A stretch of DNA of 39,281 bases, from positions 1-39,281 of the IMG/VR virus record IMGVR_UViG_3300034091_000183. The stretch is one strand, 5' to 3'. Under the pieces are notes generated by a model. It saw nothing but the letters and a program-made list of their open reading frames with translations. It did no database searches and had not been told where the DNA came from. The DNA comes from a virus. Its lineage: Duplodnaviria > Caudoviricetes. Of the stretch, positions 1-9,361 are shown one piece after another (the stretch's first letter is position 1; the number at the start of each line of letters is the position of its first letter). The position numbers were made by a program, and so were the translations under genes.

Positions 1-184
1 AGGCTACCAGGGACCTGATGACGGGCCGTTTCGCTGTTCCAACTGCGAGTACTTCAATCCCACCACTGACGGATGTCGCGGCGAAAGCATGAAGAAGTTG
101 TCGGAACGAAGACGTCTGCCGAGCGGTGACGTCCTGGTCGCCCCGCAGGGTTGCTGCGTCTACTTTGAATCGAAGGAGAGTTGA
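1..184 (+). CDS. 3' part of a small Cys-rich protein, HiPIP-like (partial)
   Basis: Frame 2 reads GYQGPDDGPFRCSNCEYF...GC...VAPQGCCVYFESKES*. The CxxC..F...C...VxPxG(W/C)CxxF spacing resembles high-potential iron-sulfur proteins. Not in the ORF track. Confidence 0.55.
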   Translation, partial: GYQGPDDGPFRCSNCEYFNPTTDGCRGESMKKLSERRRLPSGDVLVAPQGCCVYFESKES

Positions 185-185
185 A

Positions 186-383
186 ATGGCAGAGAGATGG
201 ATGCAAGGCGTCAAGAGCGGCATGAAGCGCCGCGGGACCGAAGGCGTGTTCAGCTCCGCGGCACATCGCGCCGGTGAGAGCACGCACCAGTTCGCGGAAG
301 AGCACAAACATTCGAGCGGGAAAATCGGCAAGCGTGCGCGCCTGGCTCTGGCGTTCGCAAGCGCTCGCCATCACAAGGGCTAG
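186..383 (+). CDS. Small basic hypothetical phage protein (65 aa)
   Basis: ATG at 186 with AAGGAG SD upstream; MAERWMQGVKSGMKRRG...KRARLALAF. Confidence 0.7.
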   Translation: MAERWMQGVKSGMKRRGTEGVFSSAAHRAGESTHQFAEEHKHSSGKIGKRARLALAFASARHHKG

Positions 384-602
384 TTGAAGGGCTTCGTCAA
401 ACTCGCGGAGGTCCCGTTCGTTTGGGACAAGCATCTACATCCGAACGTCTGCCAGATTGACTATAACGGCGTCTGGCACATTGGCGTCGGTACGGATCTG
501 GATGAGTTCTTGTTCTACGTGAACCTCACCGACGCTGACAGAGAATTTTTGAAAGCATTGGGAGTTGGAGTCTACGATGGCGTTCGAGACCGAGAGGCAT
601 AA
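384..602 (+). CDS. Hypothetical protein
   Basis: TTG-start ORF filling the gap before the portal with plausible composition; no clear SD; overlaps the portal start. Confidence 0.4.
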   Translation: MKGFVKLAEVPFVWDKHLHPNVCQIDYNGVWHIGVGTDLDEFLFYVNLTDADREFLKALGVGVYDGVRDREA

Positions 603-3231
603 CCTCACAGGCACCGACGAACTCGATCCTGAAACAGAAGAGACCGAGAAGGACGAGGACGAGAACGAGCAAGACGAACCGAAGTACGGCATTGGTGTCC
701 TCGCCGGGCTCGAGTGGTCGCCTGTTCCCAACGCGAAGTTAACTGACCGCCAGAAAAACCTCATCAAGGATCTCATCAAGAAAGCGGCGAAGCGCGACTA
801 TCCTGCGCGTCTGATCGAAGTCATTCAGACCTGGGAAGCTGCGCTGTTCTACCGCGGCTTTCAATTCCTGCTCCCGCAACGTGGTGGCGGCTGGATCATC
901 CCCGGTGAATCCACCGGCTACGGTCCAAGCATGCAGATGGATCTAGCGCTGTTGCCGACGAACATCTACTCGGCCAGGGCGCAGATGATCATCGCAGCAC
1001 TCACGCGCACCGTTCCCAATGCTCGATTTGGTCCAATGCGCGGAGACTCGGACGCGCAGATCACCGCGGCTGAATCGGCAGAGAAGTTCACGAAGGTCAT
1101 CGGCAAGAACAATGACCTGATCCAGATCCAGACAGACGCGGCGCGCTACCTCTGGACTGACGGACGATTCGCTTACTGGTCGCGCTACGTGAAAGACGGT
1201 CAGAGATTTGGTTGGGAAGAGGACGACGAGCCCGATGACTTGGTTCCCGAAAACGAGCCAGTGGATCAGCAACAGACGCCAATCGAAGGCGCTGCTGCTG
1301 CGGCTACGCCGGAATCTGCTGAGACCGCTGCAGAAGAGGAAGCTGCATCGGGAGAAACGGAAATAGAAAAGGAAGCGGCCGCGGAGAACGAGCAGGAATC
1401 TCCGGCCGAGGAAAAAGCGGAAGAAGAAGAGCCGGTCAAGCGCACTCCGCGCGGACAGGAAGTTCGCACCGCACACGGCAAGCTCGAGATCAAGCTCACG
1501 CCGATGATGGCCAACGAACTGAGCGAAGTCGATGTGCTGCAGTACGAGACCGAGGTCGACGTCAGCCGCGCTCGCGGTATGTGTCCATGGATCGCCGACG
1601 ACATCAAGGCTTCGACGAACGCGCCAGCGGCCGCCGGAGAGATCGCGCGCCTGGCGCGCCAGAACGCCAAGCTGGGCATGCAATCGACGTACATCACGAG
1701 CGACTCTGTTGCCGCTGACGTCACGATCCAACGGAGCTGGATCCGTCCGTCGTACTTCATGGAGATGCAAGGATCGAACGAAGCCGAACGCGACGAGCTG
1801 ATCGAGATGTTCCCGAACGGCTGCTACGTGATGATGATCGGCGAAGAGTTTGCGTTCGCGCGCAACGAGTCGATGGACGACTGCTGGGCTCTTGGCCAGG
1901 CGTATTCGGGTGACGGCCAGAACCGCAACGCGATGGGGACGTCGACGCTGCCGGTGCAGAAGCGGCTGAACAACTGGCTCGACCTGATGAACGACATCTT
2001 CGTTCGCACCGTCCCGAAGAAGTGGATGGACTCGAAGGCGTTCGCTGTCGATGCCATCAAGCAGCAGACCAACGTGCCGGGCGATATCGGCAGCTTTAAG
2101 CGCCAGCCAGGCACGCCAGTCGCAGAGCTGATCTTCGTCGAACCGGCCGTAAATCCACCGGCGAATCTCGCAGACTTCATCAAGGAATATTCGGGACCGC
2201 TTGCCGAGTTGCTGTCTGGAGCATACCCGGCGCTTGCTGGCGGTGACGTTGGGACGGCCGACTCTGGAGTCGCGATTGCTACTCAGCGCGATTCCGCTCT
2301 TGGCCGCCTCGCGCCAACCTGGCACAGCATGAAGAACGCTGAATGCACTTCGATGAAGCAGCTCGTGCGCTGGGCTGCGAAGTGCCGCGACAAGTCGATC
2401 AACGAACGCGTTCCCGGTGGGCAGACTATCACTCTCGAGATCAATGATCTCAAGGCCAACATCACGGTGTTTGCCGAGAGCGATGAGAACTTCCCGGAGA
2501 CGTACACGCAACGGAAGAACGCGTTCATGCAGATCTTCAACGAGAGCGCGAAGAATCCGCAGCTCCAGGAAGTGCTCTACAATCCCGCGAACCTCGAGCT
2601 CGCGCAGAACATGACCGGCCTTTCGGATCTGATCATTCCGCAAGTGATCAGCTACAAGAAGCAGCTCGGCGAAATCGAAGTCCTGGTGAAATCTACGCCG
2701 GTGCCGAACCCGCAACTTGTCCAGGGCATGAAGAAACTCGCGCAGATGAAAGAAGCGCTCACGGCTGCTGGCGGCGATCTCTCGCAACTCGATGCGGCCG
2801 TCCAGGAATTGCAAGCGCTGCCGCCGGAAGTCTGCTCGATGCCCATCGACGCGAAGCGCGAGGACAACGACACAGAAGCGATGACCTGCTGGCTGTGGAT
2901 CAACGGCGAAGAAGGTCGGCGCGCGAAGCGCTCGAACAAAGAAGGCTACGACAACGTATGCCTGCACTTCGACGAACATACTGCCGCGGCGCAAGCGAAA
3001 GCCGCTGCTGCCGGTGGACCGGCGAAGCCGCCGTCGACCAGCATCAACTACAAGGACGTGGCCATGGCCGACAAAGGCGCGTCCGATCAGATCTTGCAGA
3101 AGGCCGGGATCACTCCCTCCCCAGGCGCGGAAGCGCCTGCGCCGGTCCCGCCAGGCCCAGGAGCGAAACCTCCTGCGGCACCGATCCCTGCGAGCACGCC
3201 GCAAGGCGCGGGTGGTGTCCCTAAGCGCTGA
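577..3231 (+). CDS. Portal protein (podovirus/P22-like, large)
   Basis: ATG 577 with GGAG SD; about 884 aa; first large gene of the morphogenesis block. Motifs PTNIYSARAQMIIAALT and ADSGVAIATQRDSALGRL resemble portal segments. It has an acidic insertion and a Pro-rich tail. Confidence 0.75.
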   Translation: MAFETERHNLTGTDELDPETEETEKDEDENEQDEPKYGIGVLAGLEWSPVPNAKLTDRQKNLIKDLIKKAAKRDYPARLIEVIQTWEAALFYRGFQFLLPQRGGGWIIPGESTGYGPSMQMDLALLPTNIYSARAQMIIAALTRTVPNARFGPMRGDSDAQITAAESAEKFTKVIGKNNDLIQIQTDAARYLWTDGRFAYWSRYVKDGQRFGWEEDDEPDDLVPENEPVDQQQTPIEGAAAAATPESAETAAEEEAASGETEIEKEAAAENEQESPAEEKAEEEEPVKRTPRGQEVRTAHGKLEIKLTPMMANELSEVDVLQYETEVDVSRARGMCPWIADDIKASTNAPAAAGEIARLARQNAKLGMQSTYITSDSVAADVTIQRSWIRPSYFMEMQGSNEAERDELIEMFPNGCYVMMIGEEFAFARNESMDDCWALGQAYSGDGQNRNAMGTSTLPVQKRLNNWLDLMNDIFVRTVPKKWMDSKAFAVDAIKQQTNVPGDIGSFKRQPGTPVAELIFVEPAVNPPANLADFIKEYSGPLAELLSGAYPALAGGDVGTADSGVAIATQRDSALGRLAPTWHSMKNAECTSMKQLVRWAAKCRDKSINERVPGGQTITLEINDLKANITVFAESDENFPETYTQRKNAFMQIFNESAKNPQLQEVLYNPANLELAQNMTGLSDLIIPQVISYKKQLGEIEVLVKSTPVPNPQLVQGMKKLAQMKEALTAAGGDLSQLDAAVQELQALPPEVCSMPIDAKREDNDTEAMTCWLWINGEEGRRAKRSNKEGYDNVCLHFDEHTAAAQAKAAAAGGPAKPPSTSINYKDVAMADKGASDQILQKAGITPSPGAEAPAPVPPGPGAKPPAAPIPASTPQGAGGVPKR

Positions 3232-3254
3232 AAGAAAAATCGGGAGGATGACAG

Positions 3255-4712
3255 ATGGCAAGTTTCGTTCCAGGAGCTGGCGCAGGCTCCGCTGTTGCGG
3301 ATGCGCCCGGTAACGTAGGTGGTGGTGGGGCTGGAGGCGCTGGTGGTGAAGGCGGCGGCGAAGGCGGCGGTGGAGGAGCTCCGGCAGGAATTGGTGAAGG
3401 AGCTGGAGATGGCGGCGCTGCAGGCGAGGGCGCTGGCGAAGGTGCTGGCGAGGGTGAAGCTGCCGGTGAACTCGAGATCGAAGAGCAGCCGGAAGCGGAC
3501 GTCGACGCGGATCTTGAAGGCGTGGACACCGACGGCCGCAAGCTTGATCTGAAGACTCGCGAAGCGCTCGCAAAACTCAAGAAGACCGATCCTGAAGCCG
3601 CGAAGCGAATGGCTGGCACGTACTTCCGCGCCAACACCATCGTGAAAGAACTCGGCGCGACAAATCTCAGCGAAGCGATTGTCAAAGTCCGCGACATGAC
3701 CGCGACACTCGAAGCGCTCGGCGGCGAAGAAGGGATCCAGGAGCTCCAGGGCGAAGTCGGCGACTATCGCAAGGAGATCGAGCAGTTCGCAAAAGGAGAT
3801 CCGGCGCTTCTCGAAGAGCTCAACACCTCGAACCCGGAAGCGTTCGGCACTGCGATCACTAACGGTCTCGAGATCCTGAGCAAGAATCCCGAGATCTTCA
3901 ACAAGACACTTTTCCCGTACATGATTCCGGCGCTCGAGAAAGCCGGAGTGACGGGATCCATCAAGAGCCTGCTCGCGTTGATCAAAGACGGGAAGGGCCA
4001 GGAAGCCTTCGATCTCACGGCGCAGATCGACAAGTGGCTCGCGGACGGAAAAGCGTTCGCGGACAAACAGAAGATCACGCGCACCGAACGCGATCCGGCG
4101 AGAGAAGAACTCGACAGGCGCAGGCAAGAACTCGATCAGCGCGAGAAGACCAACTTCGAGCAGGGCGTCGGCGCGGATGTGAACAAGTTCAACAATACCG
4201 CGACTGCGAAAGTGGTCGAGCCATTCTTCAAGCAACTGAACCTCAAGCCGGAGGGCCGTCGCGAGTTCGTCAACGCGCTGAACTCCCGCGTGTGGGCGGC
4301 GATGAAGAAAGACGCAGCGTTCCAGCGGAATGCGAATGCGTTGATGGACAAAGGCGATGCGGCCAGGGCCGCGCGGTTCATTCACTCAAAGTTTGCCGAA
4401 CTCATGCCCGGCGAATTTCGCAAGCTTCGCGATGCCATGTATCCGAACTTCGGAAAGATGGCAGTCAAGAAGGCACCGGCCGCGGCAAACGGCGGTGCTG
4501 GAGCAGCAAGCGGCGGCGGGAAAGGCGCTGCCGCGGGTGGTGCTGCTGCAGGCGGCGGAACCGGCGACTTCAAGATGGTCACTGCAAAACCAACTCCCGA
4601 TCTCATCGATTGGTCGAAGACCAGCGAAGAGATGTTCCACATCGGCCGCGGGATCGGCAAAGCGATCCTGAAAGACGGCCGCAAAGTTCAGTGGGATTGG
4701 GCGAAGATCTGA
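3255..4712 (+). CDS. Putative capsid scaffolding protein
   Basis: GGAGG SD; Gly/Glu-rich low-complexity N-terminus and helical charged core; lies between portal and capsid. Confidence 0.55.
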   Translation: MASFVPGAGAGSAVADAPGNVGGGGAGGAGGEGGGEGGGGGAPAGIGEGAGDGGAAGEGAGEGAGEGEAAGELEIEEQPEADVDADLEGVDTDGRKLDLKTREALAKLKKTDPEAAKRMAGTYFRANTIVKELGATNLSEAIVKVRDMTATLEALGGEEGIQELQGEVGDYRKEIEQFAKGDPALLEELNTSNPEAFGTAITNGLEILSKNPEIFNKTLFPYMIPALEKAGVTGSIKSLLALIKDGKGQEAFDLTAQIDKWLADGKAFADKQKITRTERDPAREELDRRRQELDQREKTNFEQGVGADVNKFNNTATAKVVEPFFKQLNLKPEGRREFVNALNSRVWAAMKKDAAFQRNANALMDKGDAARAARFIHSKFAELMPGEFRKLRDAMYPNFGKMAVKKAPAAANGGAGAASGGGKGAAAGGAAAGGGTGDFKMVTAKPTPDLIDWSKTSEEMFHIGRGIGKAILKDGRKVQWDWAKI

Positions 4713-4872
4713 AGTAGAATCGCATCGACGTCGGCCAAGAGGTCACGTCGCGGTGTCACACACAGAGTGGGGTCCTGCAGATTTGCGCCATAGGTGGTTC
4801 GACCATCGCGTGATCGAGGGTGGGCCCCACTTTTTTATTGTTTCCGTAACATCCGCAGAGTAGGATCACTTC

Positions 4873-5337
4873 GTGTTCGACCACGAGGACCGCAAAACTC
4901 TCCACAAGATCTTGCACGAGGTGGAGTGCATCCACGAGGATGTGAAGCGGCTTCTTCGGTATATCGCCCTTCACAAGATCGACTTCATTCAAGTCGGGGG
5001 GAACCCAATGAACTATTCGATTCAAGCTGGAAGCAGCGGGACGTTCCAGGCGGTGTTCACGCCTCCGAACGGAACGCAGGCCCCAGGAACTTCGCCGAGC
5101 TGGAGCTGCAGCGATCCGTCAATCGGGCTGACTCCATCGGCCGATGGCACGTCTGTCGTCGCCGCGGTGCCTGCGAGTAACACCGCAAGCTTCACGCTGA
5201 CGTTGAGCGCGACATCTTCGGATCCGACTCAGGGAGTTTCGGGAGTTCTGACTGCTGTTCACACGATCACCGTGACACAGCCGCCTCCTCCTCCGACGCC
5301 CCTGACCGGCGTGGACTTCGTCCAGACGGCCGGTTAA
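4873..5337 (+). CDS. Ig-like domain protein (possible capsid decoration protein); possible internal start at 5008
   Basis: Beta-rich Ser/Thr domain (PSWSCSDPS...FTLTLSATS) preceded by a short helical segment; second ATG at 5008 with a purine-rich SD. Confidence 0.55.
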   Translation: MFDHEDRKTLHKILHEVECIHEDVKRLLRYIALHKIDFIQVGGNPMNYSIQAGSSGTFQAVFTPPNGTQAPGTSPSWSCSDPSIGLTPSADGTSVVAAVPASNTASFTLTLSATSSDPTQGVSGVLTAVHTITVTQPPPPPTPLTGVDFVQTAG

Positions 5338-5363
5338 CGAATTGTCGTCAGGGCGGCGACAAT

Positions 5364-5410
5364 AGTCCTGGGAGCATGGTGCCTCCGCATTTGCTCCCGG
5401 GACTCCTTTT
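5364..5410 (+). terminator. Probable intrinsic terminator
   Basis: AGTCCTGGGAGC / GCTCCCGGGACT stem followed by CCTTTT. Confidence 0.45.
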
Positions 5411-5578
5411 ATGCTTTTTCTAAAGAACAACGGGCCGCGGCCGCCGTGGTCTGATGGTCAGATCCTTTGGGCGATCCTCGTCGCGTGGCTCTTCCTGGGC
5501 TTCACGAAAATCGTGGCGTGGGCGATCTACGGAGGCTACGAAGCCATCGAGACGTTCACGAGTCCGCTCCATCACTGA
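5411..5578 (+). CDS. Small membrane protein (55 aa)
   Basis: MLFLKNNGPRPPWSDGQILWAILVAWLFLGFTKIVAWAIYGGYEAIETFTSPLHH*; one hydrophobic helix; below the ORF-track length cutoff; weak SD. Confidence 0.5.
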   Translation: MLFLKNNGPRPPWSDGQILWAILVAWLFLGFTKIVAWAIYGGYEAIETFTSPLHH

Positions 5579-5586
5579 AATTCTTG

Positions 5587-5615
5587 TTGCGCGCCGCAGT
5601 CGTTCGTCGTACGCT
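5587..5615 (+). promoter_or_regulatory. Candidate sigma70-type promoter for the capsid gene
   Basis: TTGCGC (5587-5592), 17-bp spacer, TACGCT (5610-5615). Confidence 0.35.
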
Positions 5616-5668
5616 CTCATTCGTAACAGGGGCGTCGTGGGATCAGATCCACGTTAAAAACGGAAATC

Positions 5669-5784
5669 ACCTCTGCATTGATCCAAAGAACATCGGGTCG
5701 CTCGAAAGTTCGCGTGCTTGACTGCGCGTGAATCGCCAACGTGTAGCGCTCGGGTCGCACACACAGTTGAGCTAATGCAGAGGT
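5669..5784 (+). promoter_or_regulatory. Structured 5' leader sequestering the capsid SD
   Basis: ACCTCTGCATT (5669-5679) is the exact reverse complement of AATGCAGAGGT (5774-5784), which contains the SD. Confidence 0.5.
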
Positions 5785-5791
5785 TCCCGAA

Positions 5792-7129
5792 ATGGCCAAT
5801 CCTTTGGCAGAAGCGGCCGTAGAGGCCGTTGAGCTAGAAAACTTCGCAAAAGGGATCCAAGACCTGGTTTTTAAGGGTCACACCGTCTACAACTTCATCA
5901 AGAAAAAGAGCAAGACGTTCCCGACCTCCGTCACCACCCAGGCTGGCGGCGTGTCGCGTCCGTCGTTCCGTATTCCCGTCCGCATGCAGTCTGGTGCGGC
6001 GATCTTCCAGGCCACCGGCAACGGTGATGCCCTGGGGCGCGGGACCGGTTCGCTCTGGATCTCTGGTGATATCTCTCCAATTGGACTCTTTGCCGGATGC
6101 GAGATCACGTATCTCGCCCGAATCGCAACCCAAGGCCCGAAGCGCAGCTTGATCACGCTTCGCGCCGAAGAGCTGAAGAACTCGTTCAACTCTTTCATGC
6201 AGGGGCTCGACGCTCAGTTCCTGAGTGACGGCTCCGGCGCAATCCTGCAGATCCCCTCGACGGCAACCGTGACTAACAACACTCTGGGCGGCTCGAACCC
6301 GTCCTCGATTGTTGGACTCGGCGGCCAGGCCAACCAGTTCCAGGAACAGCAAGTGATCCAGATCTTCCCGACGGAGGGCGGCTCCGCGAGGACCACTCCT
6401 TCGACGGCGACGGTCTCGTACGTGGACGGCGCGAACGACACGGTCTATTTTTCGACGGCATTGCCGACGAATACTGCGGCCGGTGACTTCGTGATGATCC
6501 AGGGATCCACTGGCGCTGCGAACTCCGGCCTCGCTGGGATCTACACCTATCAGATCGCCGGAAACACCGGCACGATCCTGAATCTTTCGCGCTCGACTTA
6601 TCCTGGGCAACTGTCGACGCCGAACATCAACAAGAACACCCAGGCGATCACGACCACCGATGCGTACAAAGCGGAGATCTTGATCGGCCGCGGCCTCGGT
6701 CCCGATCACGAAGCTGTCGCGGACTTCGAGTGGATCTGCGGTCCTGACCAGGAACTGGCAGTGACCCAGCTCTACACGAACGTGCTGCAACAGAACTACG
6801 TGCCACCCGGCGACAAGGCCCTGGATATGACCAAGCGGCACATGAGCCCGACTTACGGTGGACGCGCACTGAACGTGAGCTACACCGCGAAGCAGGGGCG
6901 CATGGATGCAATCTGTCCCGAAACGTGGGGCATAGTGGAAACGGTCGAGCCGTCCCTGTATGACTTCGGAGATGGCGTTACTACAATGCCAATCCCCGAT
7001 TTCGTTGGCCAGGGCTCCTATTTGACCTCTTCGATCTTTTTCTACAATGCATTTTTGAACCTGTACAACAGCAACATGAAGGCTGCTGTGTACATCAGCA
7101 ACGCTGCGGTTCCGAGCGTCACTTCTTAA
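5792..7129 (+). CDS. Major capsid protein
   Basis: 445 aa; position after scaffold; EELKNSFNSFMQGLDAQFLSDGSG resembles the HK97-fold spine helix; followed by a terminator and GroES. Confidence 0.8.
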   Translation: MANPLAEAAVEAVELENFAKGIQDLVFKGHTVYNFIKKKSKTFPTSVTTQAGGVSRPSFRIPVRMQSGAAIFQATGNGDALGRGTGSLWISGDISPIGLFAGCEITYLARIATQGPKRSLITLRAEELKNSFNSFMQGLDAQFLSDGSGAILQIPSTATVTNNTLGGSNPSSIVGLGGQANQFQEQQVIQIFPTEGGSARTTPSTATVSYVDGANDTVYFSTALPTNTAAGDFVMIQGSTGAANSGLAGIYTYQIAGNTGTILNLSRSTYPGQLSTPNINKNTQAITTTDAYKAEILIGRGLGPDHEAVADFEWICGPDQELAVTQLYTNVLQQNYVPPGDKALDMTKRHMSPTYGGRALNVSYTAKQGRMDAICPETWGIVETVEPSLYDFGDGVTTMPIPDFVGQGSYLTSSIFFYNAFLNLYNSNMKAAVYISNAAVPSVTS

Positions 7130-7163
7130 AACTCAAAAACGGTGAGGTGCTCTGTCCAGAGCG

Positions 7164-7198
7164 GGGGAGCGGGGTCAAAAGCTCTGCTCCCCTTTTTT
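7164..7198 (+). terminator. Rho-independent terminator after capsid gene
   Basis: GGGGAGCGGGGT-caaaa-GCTCTGCTCCCC hairpin followed by TTTTTT. Confidence 0.8.
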
Positions 7199-7213
7199 AA
7201 AATCAGGTGATCG

Positions 7214-7582
7214 ATGATCGACAAACGAAGAGTGGATGAAGATGGGCGAACTGCGCTGGCTGAACAGGAAGCCCCGAAGTACAAAATCGAACCGCGCAAC
7301 GAGTGGGTTTTGATTCGTCAGCACAAGCCACAGGAAGTGAAGACCGAAGCCGGTGTGGTCATTCCTGCTTCTGACTTTTTCCTGATGGGTGGAACGAAAC
7401 ACAAGCAGCGCGGATTGGTAGTGGCGGCAGGACCGAAGAGCGATCTGAAACCAGGCGACATGGTTCTGTTCACCAACTACTCGATTGATATCGAGGATCT
7501 CGAAGAGCTGACCGGGGATCCCGAGCTCAAGCTGGTTCGCGATGAGGAAGTGTACACGCGAGTCAGAGCATGCCAAGAGTAG
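7214..7582 (+). CDS. groES: Co-chaperonin GroES/Cpn10-like protein
   Basis: IEPRNEWVLIR...KTEAGVVIP...RGLVVAAGP...LKPGDMVLF...LVRDEEV matches the Cpn10 pattern. Confidence 0.85.
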   Translation: MIDKRRVDEDGRTALAEQEAPKYKIEPRNEWVLIRQHKPQEVKTEAGVVIPASDFFLMGGTKHKQRGLVVAAGPKSDLKPGDMVLFTNYSIDIEDLEELTGDPELKLVRDEEVYTRVRACQE

Positions 7583-8289
7583 CTCCAGAAACGCGCAAGT
7601 GTCCCGCGGAATTTCAGGCTCGCATCACGCGGATGTTCGGGCGCAACGAGTTTGGAGATCCCCACTTCAAAATCGTCTGGGGCCAGTCAGAGTTCATCCG
7701 ACTCGGCACTACCTGGCGCGACAAGTTCGGAAACGAACGTCGCGGTTACAAAGATCGTTACCAGGTCGGCGGCGGTCCAGCGTGTTGGGTGATCATGCGC
7801 TGGCACTCACCATTCGAGTACGGATCTCCCGCGGCGTACTACTACAACAGCCTGCTTGAGGGCATGTCCGTCGTCGAGTACCCGTGGAAAGGCCGTTACG
7901 AACCCGTTCATCCGCTCCAGAGCAAGGAGTACATCAACGGGCAGCTCGTGATCGAGCACTTCCCGCTCTCGCATCTTTTGATCGACGCCATCATTCCGAT
8001 GATCCAGATCTACGCGGCGCTGTCCATTGAAGAAAGACAGATGGCGCGCGAAGCAACCAGGCTCGCGGAAGAGAAAGCGCAGACCGAGTTCATTGCCGAT
8101 TTGCTGGAGGAACACGCACCGAGGTTCTGGGGCCCCACGGTGTCCTACACGCGAAACGGATTCAAGAGTTCGGTGCTGCAAAAAAAGATGGATCAGATCC
8201 AGGCGGTATGGGACCGCTGGTGTAAAGGTGGCCGCGCACCGGTGTTCGCTCGCGGAATGCAGCAGGGTCGAGCTCCAAGGCCCATCTAA
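7570..8289 (+). CDS. Hypothetical phage protein
   Basis: 239-aa ORF overlapping the groES stop; codon style like neighbours. Confidence 0.7.
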   Translation: MPRVAPETRKCPAEFQARITRMFGRNEFGDPHFKIVWGQSEFIRLGTTWRDKFGNERRGYKDRYQVGGGPACWVIMRWHSPFEYGSPAAYYYNSLLEGMSVVEYPWKGRYEPVHPLQSKEYINGQLVIEHFPLSHLLIDAIIPMIQIYAALSIEERQMAREATRLAEEKAQTEFIADLLEEHAPRFWGPTVSYTRNGFKSSVLQKKMDQIQAVWDRWCKGGRAPVFARGMQQGRAPRPI

Positions 8290-8310
8290 AAATCGGGGAG
8301 GAAGAACGAA

Positions 8311-9246
8311 ATGGCAACACCGAATCTACCACTCACCGCAGCGATGGCGCGCGATCAGCGCGAAGCGAAGCGGCAGGGATATGCGATGCAGGAACGCGCC
8401 AATCATGGAGAAGTGCTGCTCGAGACGCAGGACATGCTGCGCGAGCCAGGCTACGTGATTTACGTCTACAACCTGCTCGAGCGCGATCATTGGGTTCACC
8501 AGACCGGATTCCATCTGCACATTCCGGCGTGTCCGCGCGGTCAGAAGTTCGCGTACACGACTCTTCCGGCATTCAATCGCGAAGTCTATCTGAAGCCGGG
8601 CTCGACGGAGTATCAGTACAAGCTCGTCGACGGACGGCGCGCCGCGATGTCGCTTTTGAATCCCGCATCTTTTCCCGGCACGAACTGGGACAGCCAGCTC
8701 GGCAGTTGGACGGCCGAAGATCAGCAGGGAAATAACCTGAACAACTACGGCTGCTTCTGGTCGCTGACCAGGCCGGATGAAACCGAAAAGCTCGACAGAG
8801 AGATCAAGATCTTCCGCGAACGTGCCAACAAAACCATGCAGGCTCTCGTCGCGGCCGCTGAACAGTTTGCCGCGGCCAACGACCTGAAGAGCATTTCTCC
8901 GCTGATGCACTTCGCGATGGATTACTTGGGGAAGGCCGCACCGTGGCACATGGCCGCGTACCACATGGTCAACTGCCCGAACTGCGGCGAGATGGTCCGC
9001 GAGGGAATCGCTTACCACCGCAATGCGTTTGGCGAGAAGTGCATCATCGATCCCGAACGCTACAGCAAGATCGTGGTGGCCTCGACTCCATCCGCACCAA
9101 CTCCCGCACCGGCACCGGTGGCAGAAGCACCGGCACCGGCTCCCGTTGCTGCTGCTCCAGCGCCAGTGGTCGAAGAGACCGCTGTCGAGGAAGAGCAGCC
9201 CGTGGAAGTTTCCGCGGATCCCGCTCCGAAAGGGCGGCGCAAGTAA
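8311..9246 (+). CDS. Hypothetical protein with Zn-ribbon-like motif and Pro/Ala-rich tail
   Basis: GGAGG SD; CPNCG...H...C motif; low-complexity PAPA C-terminus. Confidence 0.7.
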   Translation: MATPNLPLTAAMARDQREAKRQGYAMQERANHGEVLLETQDMLREPGYVIYVYNLLERDHWVHQTGFHLHIPACPRGQKFAYTTLPAFNREVYLKPGSTEYQYKLVDGRRAAMSLLNPASFPGTNWDSQLGSWTAEDQQGNNLNNYGCFWSLTRPDETEKLDREIKIFRERANKTMQALVAAAEQFAAANDLKSISPLMHFAMDYLGKAAPWHMAAYHMVNCPNCGEMVREGIAYHRNAFGEKCIIDPERYSKIVVASTPSAPTPAPAPVAEAPAPAPVAAAPAPVVEETAVEEEQPVEVSADPAPKGRRK

Positions 9247-9361
9247 CGATCTTCCTGGTGGCGGCTCCGTATCCTCGTGTTTTAGCCGCTCCCAATGCGC
9301 GGTTTATTGACCCGATTCACGTCGGCGCAACCGTCACCAGGTCGCAAGTTTGTGAGGGATC

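Noticed and set aside
3300-3470. GGCGAA/GGCGCT-type short repeats
   Set aside because: They simply encode the Gly/Glu/Ala low-complexity N-terminus of the scaffold-like protein.
943-3573. 876-aa minus-strand ORF and the many other long antisense or alternate-frame ORFs
   Set aside because: They are shadows of GC-rich plus-strand genes: Arg/Leu-rich, with no motifs or SD.
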